Assembly (NCBI GenBank): GCA_018302335.1 | Contig: JAGVZT010000047.1 | Span: 1-61,042, forward strand | Direction of reading: 5' to 3' | Source of the DNA: Candidatus Woesearchaeota archaeon | GTDB taxonomy: Archaea; Nanobdellota; Nanobdellia; Woesearchaeales; JAGVZT01 | DNA: 61,042 nt | Program-made: the position numbers and the translations under genes | Part shown: positions 29,410 to 37,753 of the stretch, in pieces | How positions within the stretch are numbered: the first letter of the stretch is position 1 | How the letters are laid out: each line of letters opens with the position of its first letter | Notes under the pieces: generated by a model | Seen by the model: only the letters and a program-made list of their open reading frames with translations | What the model was told of the DNA's origin: nothing | Databases searched by the model: none

Positions 29410-30563
29410 CGCAGCACCCTCGCGGTCTCTCTCGCGATTTCCCGCTCCTCGTCCGTGGGGATGACCAGCGCGGCGATGCGGGAGCTGCTCCGGGTGATGA
29501 CCGCGCGGTTCGCGGGGTTCGCGCGAGGGCAGAGCCGCAAGCCCTGGTGCCGGAATCCGGAGAGGACGCGTCTCCGGACCTCAGGAGCGTTCTGCCCGAT
29601 GCCCGCGGTGAACACGATAGCGTCCGCTCCATTGAGCAGCGCCATGTACGCGCCGATGTGCTTCGCGACCGCGCGGCAGTAGATGTTGAGCGCGAGTCTC
29701 GCTTTCCGCTCGCCGCGTTTCGCGCGCGAGAGGATGTCGCGCATGTCCCTCGTGCCGGCGAGGGCCTTGAGGCCGCTCTCGCGGTTGAGCAGTTTCTCCA
29801 CCTCCGCCGGGGAGAGGCGCTCGCGCTGCGCGATGAGCAGGGGGATGGCAGGGTCGAGGCTGCCGCAGCGCGTCCCCATGACCAGGCCTTCGAGCGGGGT
29901 GTACCCCATGGTGTTGTCCACCGAGCGGCCGTTGCGGACCGCGGTGAGGGAACTGCCGTTGCCCAGATGGCAGGTGATGAGCTTCAGCTGCGAGAGCGGC
30001 CTGCGAAGGATGCGCGCGGCCTCCCTCGCGACGTACTGGTGCGAGATGCCGTGGAAGCCGAAGCGGCGGATGTCCCGGAAGCGCTCGGGCAGCGCATAGC
30101 GCCAGGCCTCTTCCGGCATGGCGGCGTGGAACGCCGTGTCGAACACCGCGACCTGCGGCCTGCGGAGCTTCCCGCAGGCGAGGATGCCCGCGAGGTTGTG
30201 CGGGTTGTGCAGCGGTGCGAGACGGATGCTCCTGCGTATCGCGGCGATGCTCGCGCCGTCGAGCAGGGTGCTCTGCGTGAACGACCCGCCGTGCACCACC
30301 CGGTGGCCGACCGCGTCAATCTCTTCCACGGACCTCACCACGTCCTGCGCGATGATGAGCCGCATCAGGTGCGAGATTCCCTCGCGATGGGTCCGGACGG
30401 GCAGCTTCAGCGCGATGGCCCGGTCTCCGGGAAGGGAGATGCTGAGCGAGGAGCCGGGGATGCCTATCCGGTCCACCAGCCCGCGGCACCGCTCTGCGCT
30501 TCCGCGGAAGACCGCGAACTTCACCGTGGAGCTGCCGCAGTTGATGACCAGGATGGTCCGCAC
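29406..30563 (-). CDS. ackA: Acetate kinase
   Basis: LVINCGSSTVKF, VGHRVVHGG, APLHNP, FDTAFH, GFHGISH, CHLGNGSS, FTAGIGQN, IPTDEE. Confidence 0.97.
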   Translation of the reverse strand: MRTILVINCGSSTVKFAVFRGSAERCRGLVDRIGIPGSSLSISLPGDRAIALKLPVRTHREGISHLMRLIIAQDVVRSVEEIDAVGHRVVHGGSFTQSTLLDGASIAAIRRSIRLAPLHNPHNLAGILACGKLRRPQVAVFDTAFHAAMPEEAWRYALPERFRDIRRFGFHGISHQYVAREAARILRRPLSQLKLITCHLGNGSSLTAVRNGRSVDNTMGYTPLEGLVMGTRCGSLDPAIPLLIAQRERLSPAEVEKLLNRESGLKALAGTRDMRDILSRAKRGERKARLALNIYCRAVAKHIGAYMALLNGADAIVFTAGIGQNAPEVRRRVLSGFRHQGLRLCPRANPANRAVITRSSSRIAALVIPTDEEREIARETARVLR

Positions 30564-30627
30564 GCTGCCGTTCTGGGAGAGAGGGGCTTTAAAGCTTTCT
30601 CCCGGTCGCTGAAACCCTTAGGTTCTT

Positions 30628-30695
30628 CGGCCGTAATGCCGCACGATATCCGCGCTGCTTCGCCGGAATGACGGAATGTGGCAGCAATGCGGCCC
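30628..30695 (-). repeat. 68-bp CGGCCG-bounded intergenic repeat
   Basis: Reverse complement GGGCCGCATTGCTGCCACATTCCGTCATTCCGGCGAAGCAGCGCGGATATCGTGCGGCATTACGGCCG. Confidence 0.85.
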
Positions 30696-30718
30696 AAGGT
30701 CGCCAAGCACACATGGTG

Positions 30719-31615
30719 TCAATACTGCGCTGTCCCGTAGAAGTCCTTCTCCAGGGTCTCCCACTCGCGCTTCACGCTCTCGGCGATGCGGGCAATCTGC
30801 TCCCCGCTCAGGTGCCGGAAGCGCTTCTGCCTGCGCATCCAGGGCGTGATGTCCCCGAAGCGGGGCCGCATGGTCACCTTCAGCTTCCCCTCGCGGATCT
30901 CGAAGAGCGGCCAGATGCCGAGGTCCACCAGCTCGCGGCCGATGGTCTTCGCGTCCTCCGGGTCGTGCCCCCATCCCGTGGGGCAGGCGGTGAGCACCTC
31001 GATGTACCGGAATCCCCTGATGTCGCGCGCAGCCTCGACTTTCTTCAGGAAGTCCATCTCGTACCCAACGGATGCCGTCGCGACGTACGGGATGCCGTGC
31101 GCAGCCATGATGCGGGGCATGTTCTTCCTGTTCGCGTCGTTGCCCCAGGGCGCGGCGCTTCCCGGTGGGGTGGTGAGGGTCATGCTTCCCAAGGGCGTCG
31201 CGGAGCTCGCCTGGAATCCGGTGTTGCCGTAGGAGGAGTTGTTGTAGCAGATGTAGATGATGTCCTCGTTCCGCTGGGCTGCCCCGCTGAGGGACTGGAA
31301 GCCGATGTCGTACGTCGCGCCGTCCCCTGCCTGGCACACGACGTGCGCCTGCTTCCCGGAGGCGCGGAGGCCGGCCTTGACGCCGCTTGCGACCGCCGAG
31401 GCGTTCTCTATCGCGCCATGCACCCAGGGCACTCCGTAGGGCGTGAAGGGATAGACCGCGCTGAGGGTCATGCAGCCCGCCGGGTTGACGAGCACGGTGT
31501 CCTTGCCGAGGACCTTGAGCGCGAGCCGGAAGGCGAGAATCGCCTGGCAGCCGGCGCAGGCCGCGCTCCCGCCGGTGACCAGCTCCTCCTCGGGAAGGGT
31601 CTTGAGGCTCACCAT
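30719..31615 (-). CDS. porB: Pyruvate/2-oxoacid:ferredoxin oxidoreductase beta subunit
   Basis: ACAGC, AGDGATYDIGFQSLSG (TPP binding), YGNTGFQ, CPTGW. Confidence 0.95.
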   Translation of the reverse strand: MVSLKTLPEEELVTGGSAACAGCQAILAFRLALKVLGKDTVLVNPAGCMTLSAVYPFTPYGVPWVHGAIENASAVASGVKAGLRASGKQAHVVCQAGDGATYDIGFQSLSGAAQRNEDIIYICYNNSSYGNTGFQASSATPLGSMTLTTPPGSAAPWGNDANRKNMPRIMAAHGIPYVATASVGYEMDFLKKVEAARDIRGFRYIEVLTACPTGWGHDPEDAKTIGRELVDLGIWPLFEIREGKLKVTMRPRFGDITPWMRRQKRFRHLSGEQIARIAESVKREWETLEKDFYGTAQY

Positions 31616-32773
31616 CTACATCACCCACTTCACGGTGTCCGTCTTCGAGCGCATCGCGTTCTCGGCGATGTCCCGCACGTCGCTCACGCTCACGGGCTTG
31701 CCCCCGAGGCCCGCGATGTAGTCGCACACTACTCCGCGGTATTTCCGCAATGCGCGGCTGACCTCGGTGTAGAGGATGCCCCCGGACCCCGGCGAGAGGT
31801 TCTGGTCCACCACCGCGACGCACTTCGTCCCGCGGAGGGCCTCCGCGACCTCGTCGTACGGAAAGGGCCGGATGAGACGCAGCCTGACCATCCCGACTGC
31901 CCTGCCTTCCTTGCGCATCTCCTCGACGGCCGCCTTCATGATGGAGGCATTGGCGCCGATGCCCACGATGGCGCATTCAGCGTTTTCCATGCGGAAGGAT
32001 TCCACCGAGCTGTACTTCCTTCCCGTGAGCTTGGCGAACTCGCGGTGCGCCCTGTCCACCACCGTCAGGGCGTTGCGCTGCGCGCGATGGACCTGCTGCC
32101 TGAACAGGGTGTACTCGGACATGACCGGGATGCCCAGGGTCTTCGGATGCTCCGTGTCGAGGGTCACTTCCTGGCGCAACTCCGGGAGGAAGCTCCGCAC
32201 CTCCTTGACCGAGGGGATGTCCACGGGTTCCCGGGTGAAGGAGTGGGTGAAGCCGTCCATGTTGACCATCGCCGGGAGGAGCACCCGCTCGTCCTCCGCG
32301 ACGCGGTAGGCGATGATGACGCTGTCCAGTATCTCCTGGTTGCTCTCGCAGATGAAGGTGACGAATCCTGTGTCGCGCGTCATAAGGACGTCGTTGTGGT
32401 CGCACCACAGGGTGATGGGCGCGCTGAGCCCCCGCGAGACATTCGCCACAACCATCGGCAGCCGCAGCCCGGAGGCGATGGGGAGCATCTCGAACATGAG
32501 CATCAGCCCCTGGGAGCTGCTCCCGGTGAAGGTCCGCTGCCCGGTGAGCTGGCTCCCTATCGCCGAGGACAGCACCGAGTGCTCGCTTTCCAGGGTGTGG
32601 AACTCGCCCTGGTAGACTCCCGCTGATTTCCATTCCGCGAAGGCTTCCATGATGCCTGTCTGGGGAGTGATGGGGAAGAACGGCGCGCAGCGCACCTCCG
32701 AGAGCAGCGCGCCGTATGCCGCGCTCTTGTTGCCGGTCAGCAGCTCTCGCTCTCCTTCATGCGGGATGGCCAT
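31616..32773 (-). CDS. porA: Pyruvate/2-oxoacid:ferredoxin oxidoreductase alpha subunit
   Basis: TGNKSAA, FPITPQT, ESEHS, SSQGLMLM, RLIRPFP. Confidence 0.95.
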   Translation of the reverse strand: MAIPHEGERELLTGNKSAAYGALLSEVRCAPFFPITPQTGIMEAFAEWKSAGVYQGEFHTLESEHSVLSSAIGSQLTGQRTFTGSSSQGLMLMFEMLPIASGLRLPMVVANVSRGLSAPITLWCDHNDVLMTRDTGFVTFICESNQEILDSVIIAYRVAEDERVLLPAMVNMDGFTHSFTREPVDIPSVKEVRSFLPELRQEVTLDTEHPKTLGIPVMSEYTLFRQQVHRAQRNALTVVDRAHREFAKLTGRKYSSVESFRMENAECAIVGIGANASIMKAAVEEMRKEGRAVGMVRLRLIRPFPYDEVAEALRGTKCVAVVDQNLSPGSGGILYTEVSRALRKYRGVVCDYIAGLGGKPVSVSDVRDIAENAMRSKTDTVKWVM

Positions 32774-33053
32774 GGGTGTCACGCTCGTGGGTGATGGCAT
32801 CGGGCTGGCAGACCTCTTCGCAGAGCAGGCAGCCCTTGCAGATGTCGTAGTTGATGTGGGGATAGCCGTCCTTGTCCAGGGTGATGGCGCTCTCCGGGCA
32901 GCTCACCCAGCACATGCGGCACGCGATGCATTTCTCCTGATGGACCTCGGGCATGAACGTGCGCCAGTCGCCCGTGATGCGCTTCTGTCCCGGAACAGCG
33001 AAGGGCACTCCTTTGCTTCCGGTGAACTGCAGGTCCTCGTCCTCGACAATCAT
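32757..33053 (-). CDS. porD: Pyruvate/2-oxoacid:ferredoxin oxidoreductase delta subunit (2x[4Fe-4S])
   Basis: TGDWRTFMP, CIACRMCWVSCP and CKGCLLCEEVC. Confidence 0.93.
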   Translation of the reverse strand: MIVEDEDLQFTGSKGVPFAVPGQKRITGDWRTFMPEVHQEKCIACRMCWVSCPESAITLDKDGYPHINYDICKGCLLCEEVCQPDAITHERDTHGHPA

Positions 33054-33568
33054 CGTCGCGCCTCGTATCCCTTCTGCGCAGCGAGCTTGTTCCGCTCCAC
33101 CATCTCCGGAGCGAGGTCCGCCATCTCTATCGCGATGGACTGCAGGAGATGCTCCAGCTTCAGCTCGGGCAGCAGCGAGAGCGACGCCCCTGCGATGACC
33201 GTGTTCGGGATGGGTTTCTTGAGTATCTCGAGAGCCATGCCGGTCGCGTCCAGGCACGCTGCGCCTTTCATCGGCTGCGATGCGTTCACGAGGATCGCGG
33301 TGTCCGGCTTCTTCCCGGCAAGGCAGGCCTCCATGGGGATGGTGGTGTCGAGGATGATGATGACGTCAGGGTTGGGGATGGCCCCCCGCATGAGAATCCG
33401 GCTGGAGTCGAAGCGCACGAAACTCACCACCGGCGCCCCCCTGCGTTCGGCTCCGTAGATGGGGAAGTCCTGCACCCAGAATCCCGCAAGGTAAGCCGCG
33501 CGCCCGATAATCTGCGCCACGGTCTTCACTCCCTGGCCCCCGCGGCCGTGGATGCGTATCTCCCTCAT
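33050..33568 (-). CDS. porG: Pyruvate/2-oxoacid:ferredoxin oxidoreductase gamma subunit
   Basis: EIRIHGRGGQG, FPIYGAERRGAPV. Confidence 0.95.
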   Translation of the reverse strand: MREIRIHGRGGQGVKTVAQIIGRAAYLAGFWVQDFPIYGAERRGAPVVSFVRFDSSRILMRGAIPNPDVIIILDTTIPMEACLAGKKPDTAILVNASQPMKGAACLDATGMALEILKKPIPNTVIAGASLSLLPELKLEHLLQSIAIEMADLAPEMVERNKLAAQKGYEARR

Positions 33569-33652
33569 CGCAAAAACCGGGAGGGAAGAGCTCTTTTAAA
33601 CATCGTGTATAGACAGTATGGCCGTGCCCAGGGGATTGAAGACCCTGGAATC

Positions 33653-33720
33653 CGGCCGGAATGCCGCGCGAGTTCCGGGCTGTCTCACGGGAATGCCGGA
33701 TATTCTCAGCAATGCGGCCG
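33653..33720 (-). repeat. 68-bp CGGCCG-bounded intergenic repeat (near-consensus copy)
   Basis: Reverse complement CGGCCGCATTGCTGAGAATATCCGGCATTCCCGTGAGACAGCCCGGAACTCGCGCGGCATTCCGGCCG; 62/68 identical to the copy at 41742-41809. Confidence 0.95.
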
Positions 33721-33795
33721 ACCCGTTCCTCGACTCTCTCTATCCGCCCAGGCACGCAATATTTATATCCTGCGCGGAGCATTGAAGAAAATTGC

Positions 33796-34653
33796 ATGCA
33801 GCGTCGGATTATTCTGTGGATTATTCTGGCGATTCTTCTCACCTCAATCACACTTGCAACTCCCGATGTCACCACCGAACTGCTCACGGAGCCGCTTGCG
33901 GGCATCGCGTACACCCCGGACTGCCTCGTGGAGTGTCACCTGCCGGTCCGTTTCACGTTTGATGCAGATTACACGGTCACCAACGTGGCTGCGGGGTGGG
34001 CAAAGACCACCGGGTTGGCGGGGCTAACGGCAGAAGCAATGGCTGAGCTGCTGCCCTGGTGGGATGCCACCAGTTCTTTCTTGCACCGTCTGTACATACC
34101 TGATTTTGACAGCCACAGTCTACGCGCAGTGATTCCTGCATTCAGGGTGAGAAGTCTCATTTTCAGGCAGCCCGCCAGCAAAACAGATTCGACGCAGCAC
34201 GTGCTGCCGTTACTGGCCCATACCCCATACCACCGTTCACTCAGTGTTCGCGACCGGCTGCACGTTTTCGGATTAAGGGCCCTTTTGGTTTTACCCCCCC
34301 TCATCGCGTACGTCATACTAATTATAAAATTATGGAGGTCCACTGAACCAGGGGAGTCTACCGGTAGACGGTTGCTGTACCTTTGCGCGGGAGGCATCGC
34401 ATCGGTCCTTAACGTAGGTCTATTCGCTGTCGGGTGGTTATTTTTCTATGGTGTCAGCCTTACGATGAGGCTCACAGGTTGGCTGCTCCTCGTCGTGGTA
34501 GCGAGCCAACCCCTCTTCTATATTTACATCAAGAGGCATCATAGGGGTTTTCTCACCAACGTCCTAAAATATGATTTGGTGCTCGGTTCGCTCCATGTCG
34601 TGACACTTCTTTTTTGGTATCTTTATTTCTCGCCTTTGATGATTATGTCCTGA
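33796..34653 (+). CDS. Hypothetical, probably chimeric ORF (signal-peptide N-terminus plus low-GC 4-TM C-terminus)
   Basis: MQRRIILWIILAILL signal peptide after TATA ~33762; GC content drops visibly from ~34070 to ~34700. Confidence 0.5.
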   Translation: MQRRIILWIILAILLTSITLATPDVTTELLTEPLAGIAYTPDCLVECHLPVRFTFDADYTVTNVAAGWAKTTGLAGLTAEAMAELLPWWDATSSFLHRLYIPDFDSHSLRAVIPAFRVRSLIFRQPASKTDSTQHVLPLLAHTPYHRSLSVRDRLHVFGLRALLVLPPLIAYVILIIKLWRSTEPGESTGRRLLYLCAGGIASVLNVGLFAVGWLFFYGVSLTMRLTGWLLLVVVASQPLFYIYIKRHHRGFLTNVLKYDLVLGSLHVVTLLFWYLYFSPLMIMS

Positions 34654-34710
34654 CCAAATAGGTGATTGAGAAGTTTGGTTACGTTCTCTTTCTGAATCAC
34701 AGGGTCCTGG

Positions 34711-34830
34711 GCTCCGGTGAAAGTCTCTCGCCGTTTCTCGACGTCAATCTCAGATTTCCGGTCACCTGCCAGGCATTTCTCCGGTGTCGAGGAGAAAACG
34801 CTCAAAACTCGCCGACTCTTTCACCGAAGC
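34711..34830. repeat. Nested imperfect inverted repeat (120 nt)
   Basis: GCTCCGGTGAAAG (34711-34723) vs CTTTCACCGAAGC (34818-34830), 12/13; inner CTCGAC/GTCGAG and CGTTT/AAACG arms. Confidence 0.5.
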
Positions 34831-34849
34831 CGGTCATTAGAGCGGCTTC

Positions 34850-36058
34850 TCACAGGAAGGGCAGGTAGGTCAGGACATTCAGGATGGTGAGCGGGACGCC
34901 GACTTTCGCGAACTCCAAGAAGGAGATGCTTTCGCCCCGCCGCTCCGCGTTCTGGATGATGATGACATTGCTCGCCGCTCCCATGATGAGGAGGTTCCCC
35001 GCGAGGGTGCTCCCGGCGGCGAGGGCCAGGAGTTGGGCCGTGGTGGGCGCGCTGAGCGCGGGGAGGTACAGCGCCACGAGGGGCACGTTCGAAAGGAGCT
35101 GGGAAAGGGTCACGCTGACGGCGAGTATCGCCGGCGCAGAGCGCATCTCGTCGAGCAGCCCGATGGCCTGAAGGAATCCGCTTTGCCACACCGCGGCCAT
35201 GAGCACGAACATGGAGGCGAAGAACACCAGGGTGCGCCAGTCCGTCCTGCGGAGGAGCTCCAGCCTGCGGCCGCTGAGGAGCACGATGGCCGCGGGAAGG
35301 AGCGCGATGGCGACCAGCGGCAACTCGCGGCCGAGCGCCACGAGGATGACCTTTACGGCGACCAGCCCGACGAGCGCGAGCAGCGCGATGCGCGCGATGC
35401 GCGCAAGAGACGCGTCGCGGATGGGCTCCTGGGAATGGCTCAGCGAGGCGCGGGTGAAGTGCGGCCGGTACCAGATGCGCAGCACGATGAAGGCCTCGAG
35501 CAGCGCGAGGAAGGTGGGGACCGCAAGCCCCCGGAGGAACGTGACGAAGGGATTCCGCACCGGGCCGTGCAGCGCGATGAGCAGGTTCTGGGGGCTGCCG
35601 ATGGGCGACATCACTCCTCCGATGGTGACGCCGAACGCGAGCGCGAGGAGCAGCACCTTCGGAGGCATGCCATGCCGCCTGGCGAGGAGCAGCACCACCG
35701 GAGTGCCGATGATGGCGAGGGTGTCGTTCATGAGGAGCGCCGATGCGAAGCCCGCGCCCAGCAGCACCGCGAGCAGGAGGCCGTCGAGGGTCCGGCTGCG
35801 GCGGAACCAGCGGTACGCGGCGTGCGAGAGGTAGCCGCTCTCCTCCAGCGCCGCGCCGAGGAGGAAGACCCCGGAGAGGAAGAGCATCACCTCGGGGTCG
35901 ATGGCCGCGAGGGCCTCACGCGGGGATATCTGGCCGGTGAGGAGCGATGCGAGCGCGCCGAGAAGCATGACCTGCCATATCTGCAGGCGGATGCTGCCCA
36001 CCTGCCGCACCGCGATGAGCAGGAGCACGGCGGCCAGAATGATGACTGCGGGATTCAC
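34850..36058 (-). CDS. ArsB/NhaD (IT superfamily) anion permease
   Basis: ASALLMNDT, TIGGVMSPIGSPQNLLIA, LSNVPLV, GSTLAGNLLIMGAASNVII. Confidence 0.92.
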   Translation of the reverse strand: MNPAVIILAAVLLLIAVRQVGSIRLQIWQVMLLGALASLLTGQISPREALAAIDPEVMLFLSGVFLLGAALEESGYLSHAAYRWFRRSRTLDGLLLAVLLGAGFASALLMNDTLAIIGTPVVLLLARRHGMPPKVLLLALAFGVTIGGVMSPIGSPQNLLIALHGPVRNPFVTFLRGLAVPTFLALLEAFIVLRIWYRPHFTRASLSHSQEPIRDASLARIARIALLALVGLVAVKVILVALGRELPLVAIALLPAAIVLLSGRRLELLRRTDWRTLVFFASMFVLMAAVWQSGFLQAIGLLDEMRSAPAILAVSVTLSQLLSNVPLVALYLPALSAPTTAQLLALAAGSTLAGNLLIMGAASNVIIIQNAERRGESISFLEFAKVGVPLTILNVLTYLPFL

Positions 36059-36115
36059 GCCCCCTGCGCCTGAAGCGGCTTCTTATGCTTTGCGCCGTGC
36101 TCACGTACCGGGAGT

Positions 36116-36176
36116 CGGCCGCGCTGCGGAGCATATCCGGGATTCCGGCGCCGAGGATTGTACGACTTTCCGGCCG
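36116..36176 (+). repeat. CGGCCG-bounded repeat, 61-bp copy
   Basis: CGGCCGCGCTGCGGAGCATATCCGGGATTCCGGCGCCGAGGATTGTACGACTTTCCGGCCG. Confidence 0.83.
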
Positions 36177-36185
36177 AGAGACGGT

Positions 36186-37550
36186 CTATTTTCCGCTGAG
36201 TCCCCACGGCCGAGCCGAGGAGAAATCAAGTTTCGCTTCCGTCACAGCGGTGAGCTGCTCCTGCGTCACTCCCTGAGCGAGCTCTCTCACGAGAAGGGGT
36301 TTTCCCGGCCGCACCTCGAGGACCGCCATCTCGGTGATGATGAGGCTCGCTGCGCGCACCGCCGTGAGGGGATAGGTGCATCGCCTGAGTATCTTGGGCG
36401 CGCCCTTGAGGGTGTGCCGCATGGTCACGATGAGGCGCTTCGCCCCTGCGGCAAGGTCCATGGCCCCTCCCATGCCCGGGCCCAGCCTCCCCGGGATGCT
36501 CCAGCTCGCAAGATTCCCCTCCTGGTCCACCTGCAGGGCGCCAAGGATGGTGACATCGACATGGCCACCGCGAATCATCCCGAAGGAGTCCGCGCTGTCG
36601 AACACCGAGCCGCCTGCCTGCACACTGACGTAATGCCTGCCTGCGTCGATGAGGCCGTGGTCGATGTCCTCCCTGCGCTTCGGCGGGGGCCCCATGCCGA
36701 GGATGCCGTTCTCGGACTGGACCCACACCCGGATGCCTTTCGGGAGAAAGCCCACCACCTGCGTCGGGATGCCGACGCCGAGATTCACCACGTCGCCATC
36801 GCGGAGCTCCATCGTGGCGCGGGCGGCGATGCGCCCCGCTGCCTCGTCGAGCTCCTCGGCATGCTGGGGCCAGATGCCCTCGGCGCAGACCGCGGCCTGC
36901 ACGACATAGTCCACGAAACAGTGCGGGACGTGGACCTCCTCCGGGTCCAGCGGCGCCTTCTGGATGACCTCCGCTTCCGCGATGGTGATGTCCGCGGCGC
37001 GCGCCACCGCGATGTTGAAATTGCGCTCGATGCCCCGGAAGTGCAGGTTTCCGAGCGTGTCGGCCTTCCACGCCTTCACCAGGGCGTATTTCGCGCGCAG
37101 GGGCTTCTCGAGGACATATTCCTTGCCATCGATGACCCTGCTCTCCTTGCCCTTCGCCGCTTCTGTTCCTGCCCCCGTCCGGGTGAAGAAGCCTCCAAGG
37201 CCATAGCCTCCCGCGCGGATGCGCTCGATGAGGGTGCCTTGCGGGATGAACTCCACTGCCATCCTGCCTGCATCGGCCAGTTCCTTCACCCGGTCGACCA
37301 CTTTGGGATTGGTCCCGAGGAAGGAGAGCGCGAGCCTTCGCACCTGTCCTGCGGCGATGAGGAGGTTTGGGCCCTTGTCCGGAGTGACGGGGTCGTTGAT
37401 GGTGAGCGCGAGGTCCTTGATGCCGCGCTCGTGCAGGGCGTGCAGCAGGGTGTCCGGCCTGCCGAAGTCGTAGAACCCCGAGACGAGGATGCTGTCGCCG
37501 TCGCGGAAGAGAGCGATCACCTCGGCAAGCTCTTTCACCATGGCGACCAT
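36186..37550 (-). CDS. 3-oxoacid CoA-transferase, fused A+B subunits
   Basis: A: DGDSILVSGF, PQGTLIERIRAGG. B: VNLGVGIP, QSENG (catalytic Glu), IRGGHVD, GMGGAMDL. Confidence 0.95.
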   Translation of the reverse strand: MVAMVKELAEVIALFRDGDSILVSGFYDFGRPDTLLHALHERGIKDLALTINDPVTPDKGPNLLIAAGQVRRLALSFLGTNPKVVDRVKELADAGRMAVEFIPQGTLIERIRAGGYGLGGFFTRTGAGTEAAKGKESRVIDGKEYVLEKPLRAKYALVKAWKADTLGNLHFRGIERNFNIAVARAADITIAEAEVIQKAPLDPEEVHVPHCFVDYVVQAAVCAEGIWPQHAEELDEAAGRIAARATMELRDGDVVNLGVGIPTQVVGFLPKGIRVWVQSENGILGMGPPPKRREDIDHGLIDAGRHYVSVQAGGSVFDSADSFGMIRGGHVDVTILGALQVDQEGNLASWSIPGRLGPGMGGAMDLAAGAKRLIVTMRHTLKGAPKILRRCTYPLTAVRAASLIITEMAVLEVRPGKPLLVRELAQGVTQEQLTAVTEAKLDFSSARPWGLSGK

Positions 37551-37610
37551 GTCCTTTCCCGGGAAAAGCCCCTTTAATAATCTGTCCTCTAGAGAATATC
37601 TCGCGGACCT

Positions 37611-37678
37611 CGGCCGGAATCCCGTACGAGTTTCTGGCTGACTCGCCGGAATGGCGGATATTCTCAGCAATGCGTCCG
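37611..37678 (-). repeat. 68-bp CGGCCG-bounded intergenic repeat
   Basis: Reverse complement CGGACGCATTGCTGAGAATATCCGCCATTCCGGCGAGTCAGCCAGAAACTCGTACGGGATTCCGGCCG; lies between divergent TATA boxes. Confidence 0.93.
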
Positions 37679-37753
37679 ACTGCGGACTCTTTCTATGGAG
37701 CTATGCGTGAGTTTTATATAGCGGTTGCCTTCCCCCTGCTCGGGGTGAGCGTG

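Noticed and set aside
27880..32626. 600-aa and 652-aa plus-strand ORFs
   Set aside because: Antisense to the Cys-rich protein, ackA and porAB, which have clear motifs.
37551..37753. N-terminal extensions such as MLRISAIP... on several track ORFs (also near 42370 and 33661)
   Set aside because: These are translations of the 68-bp repeat upstream of the real TATA and start codon, not a shared protein leader.
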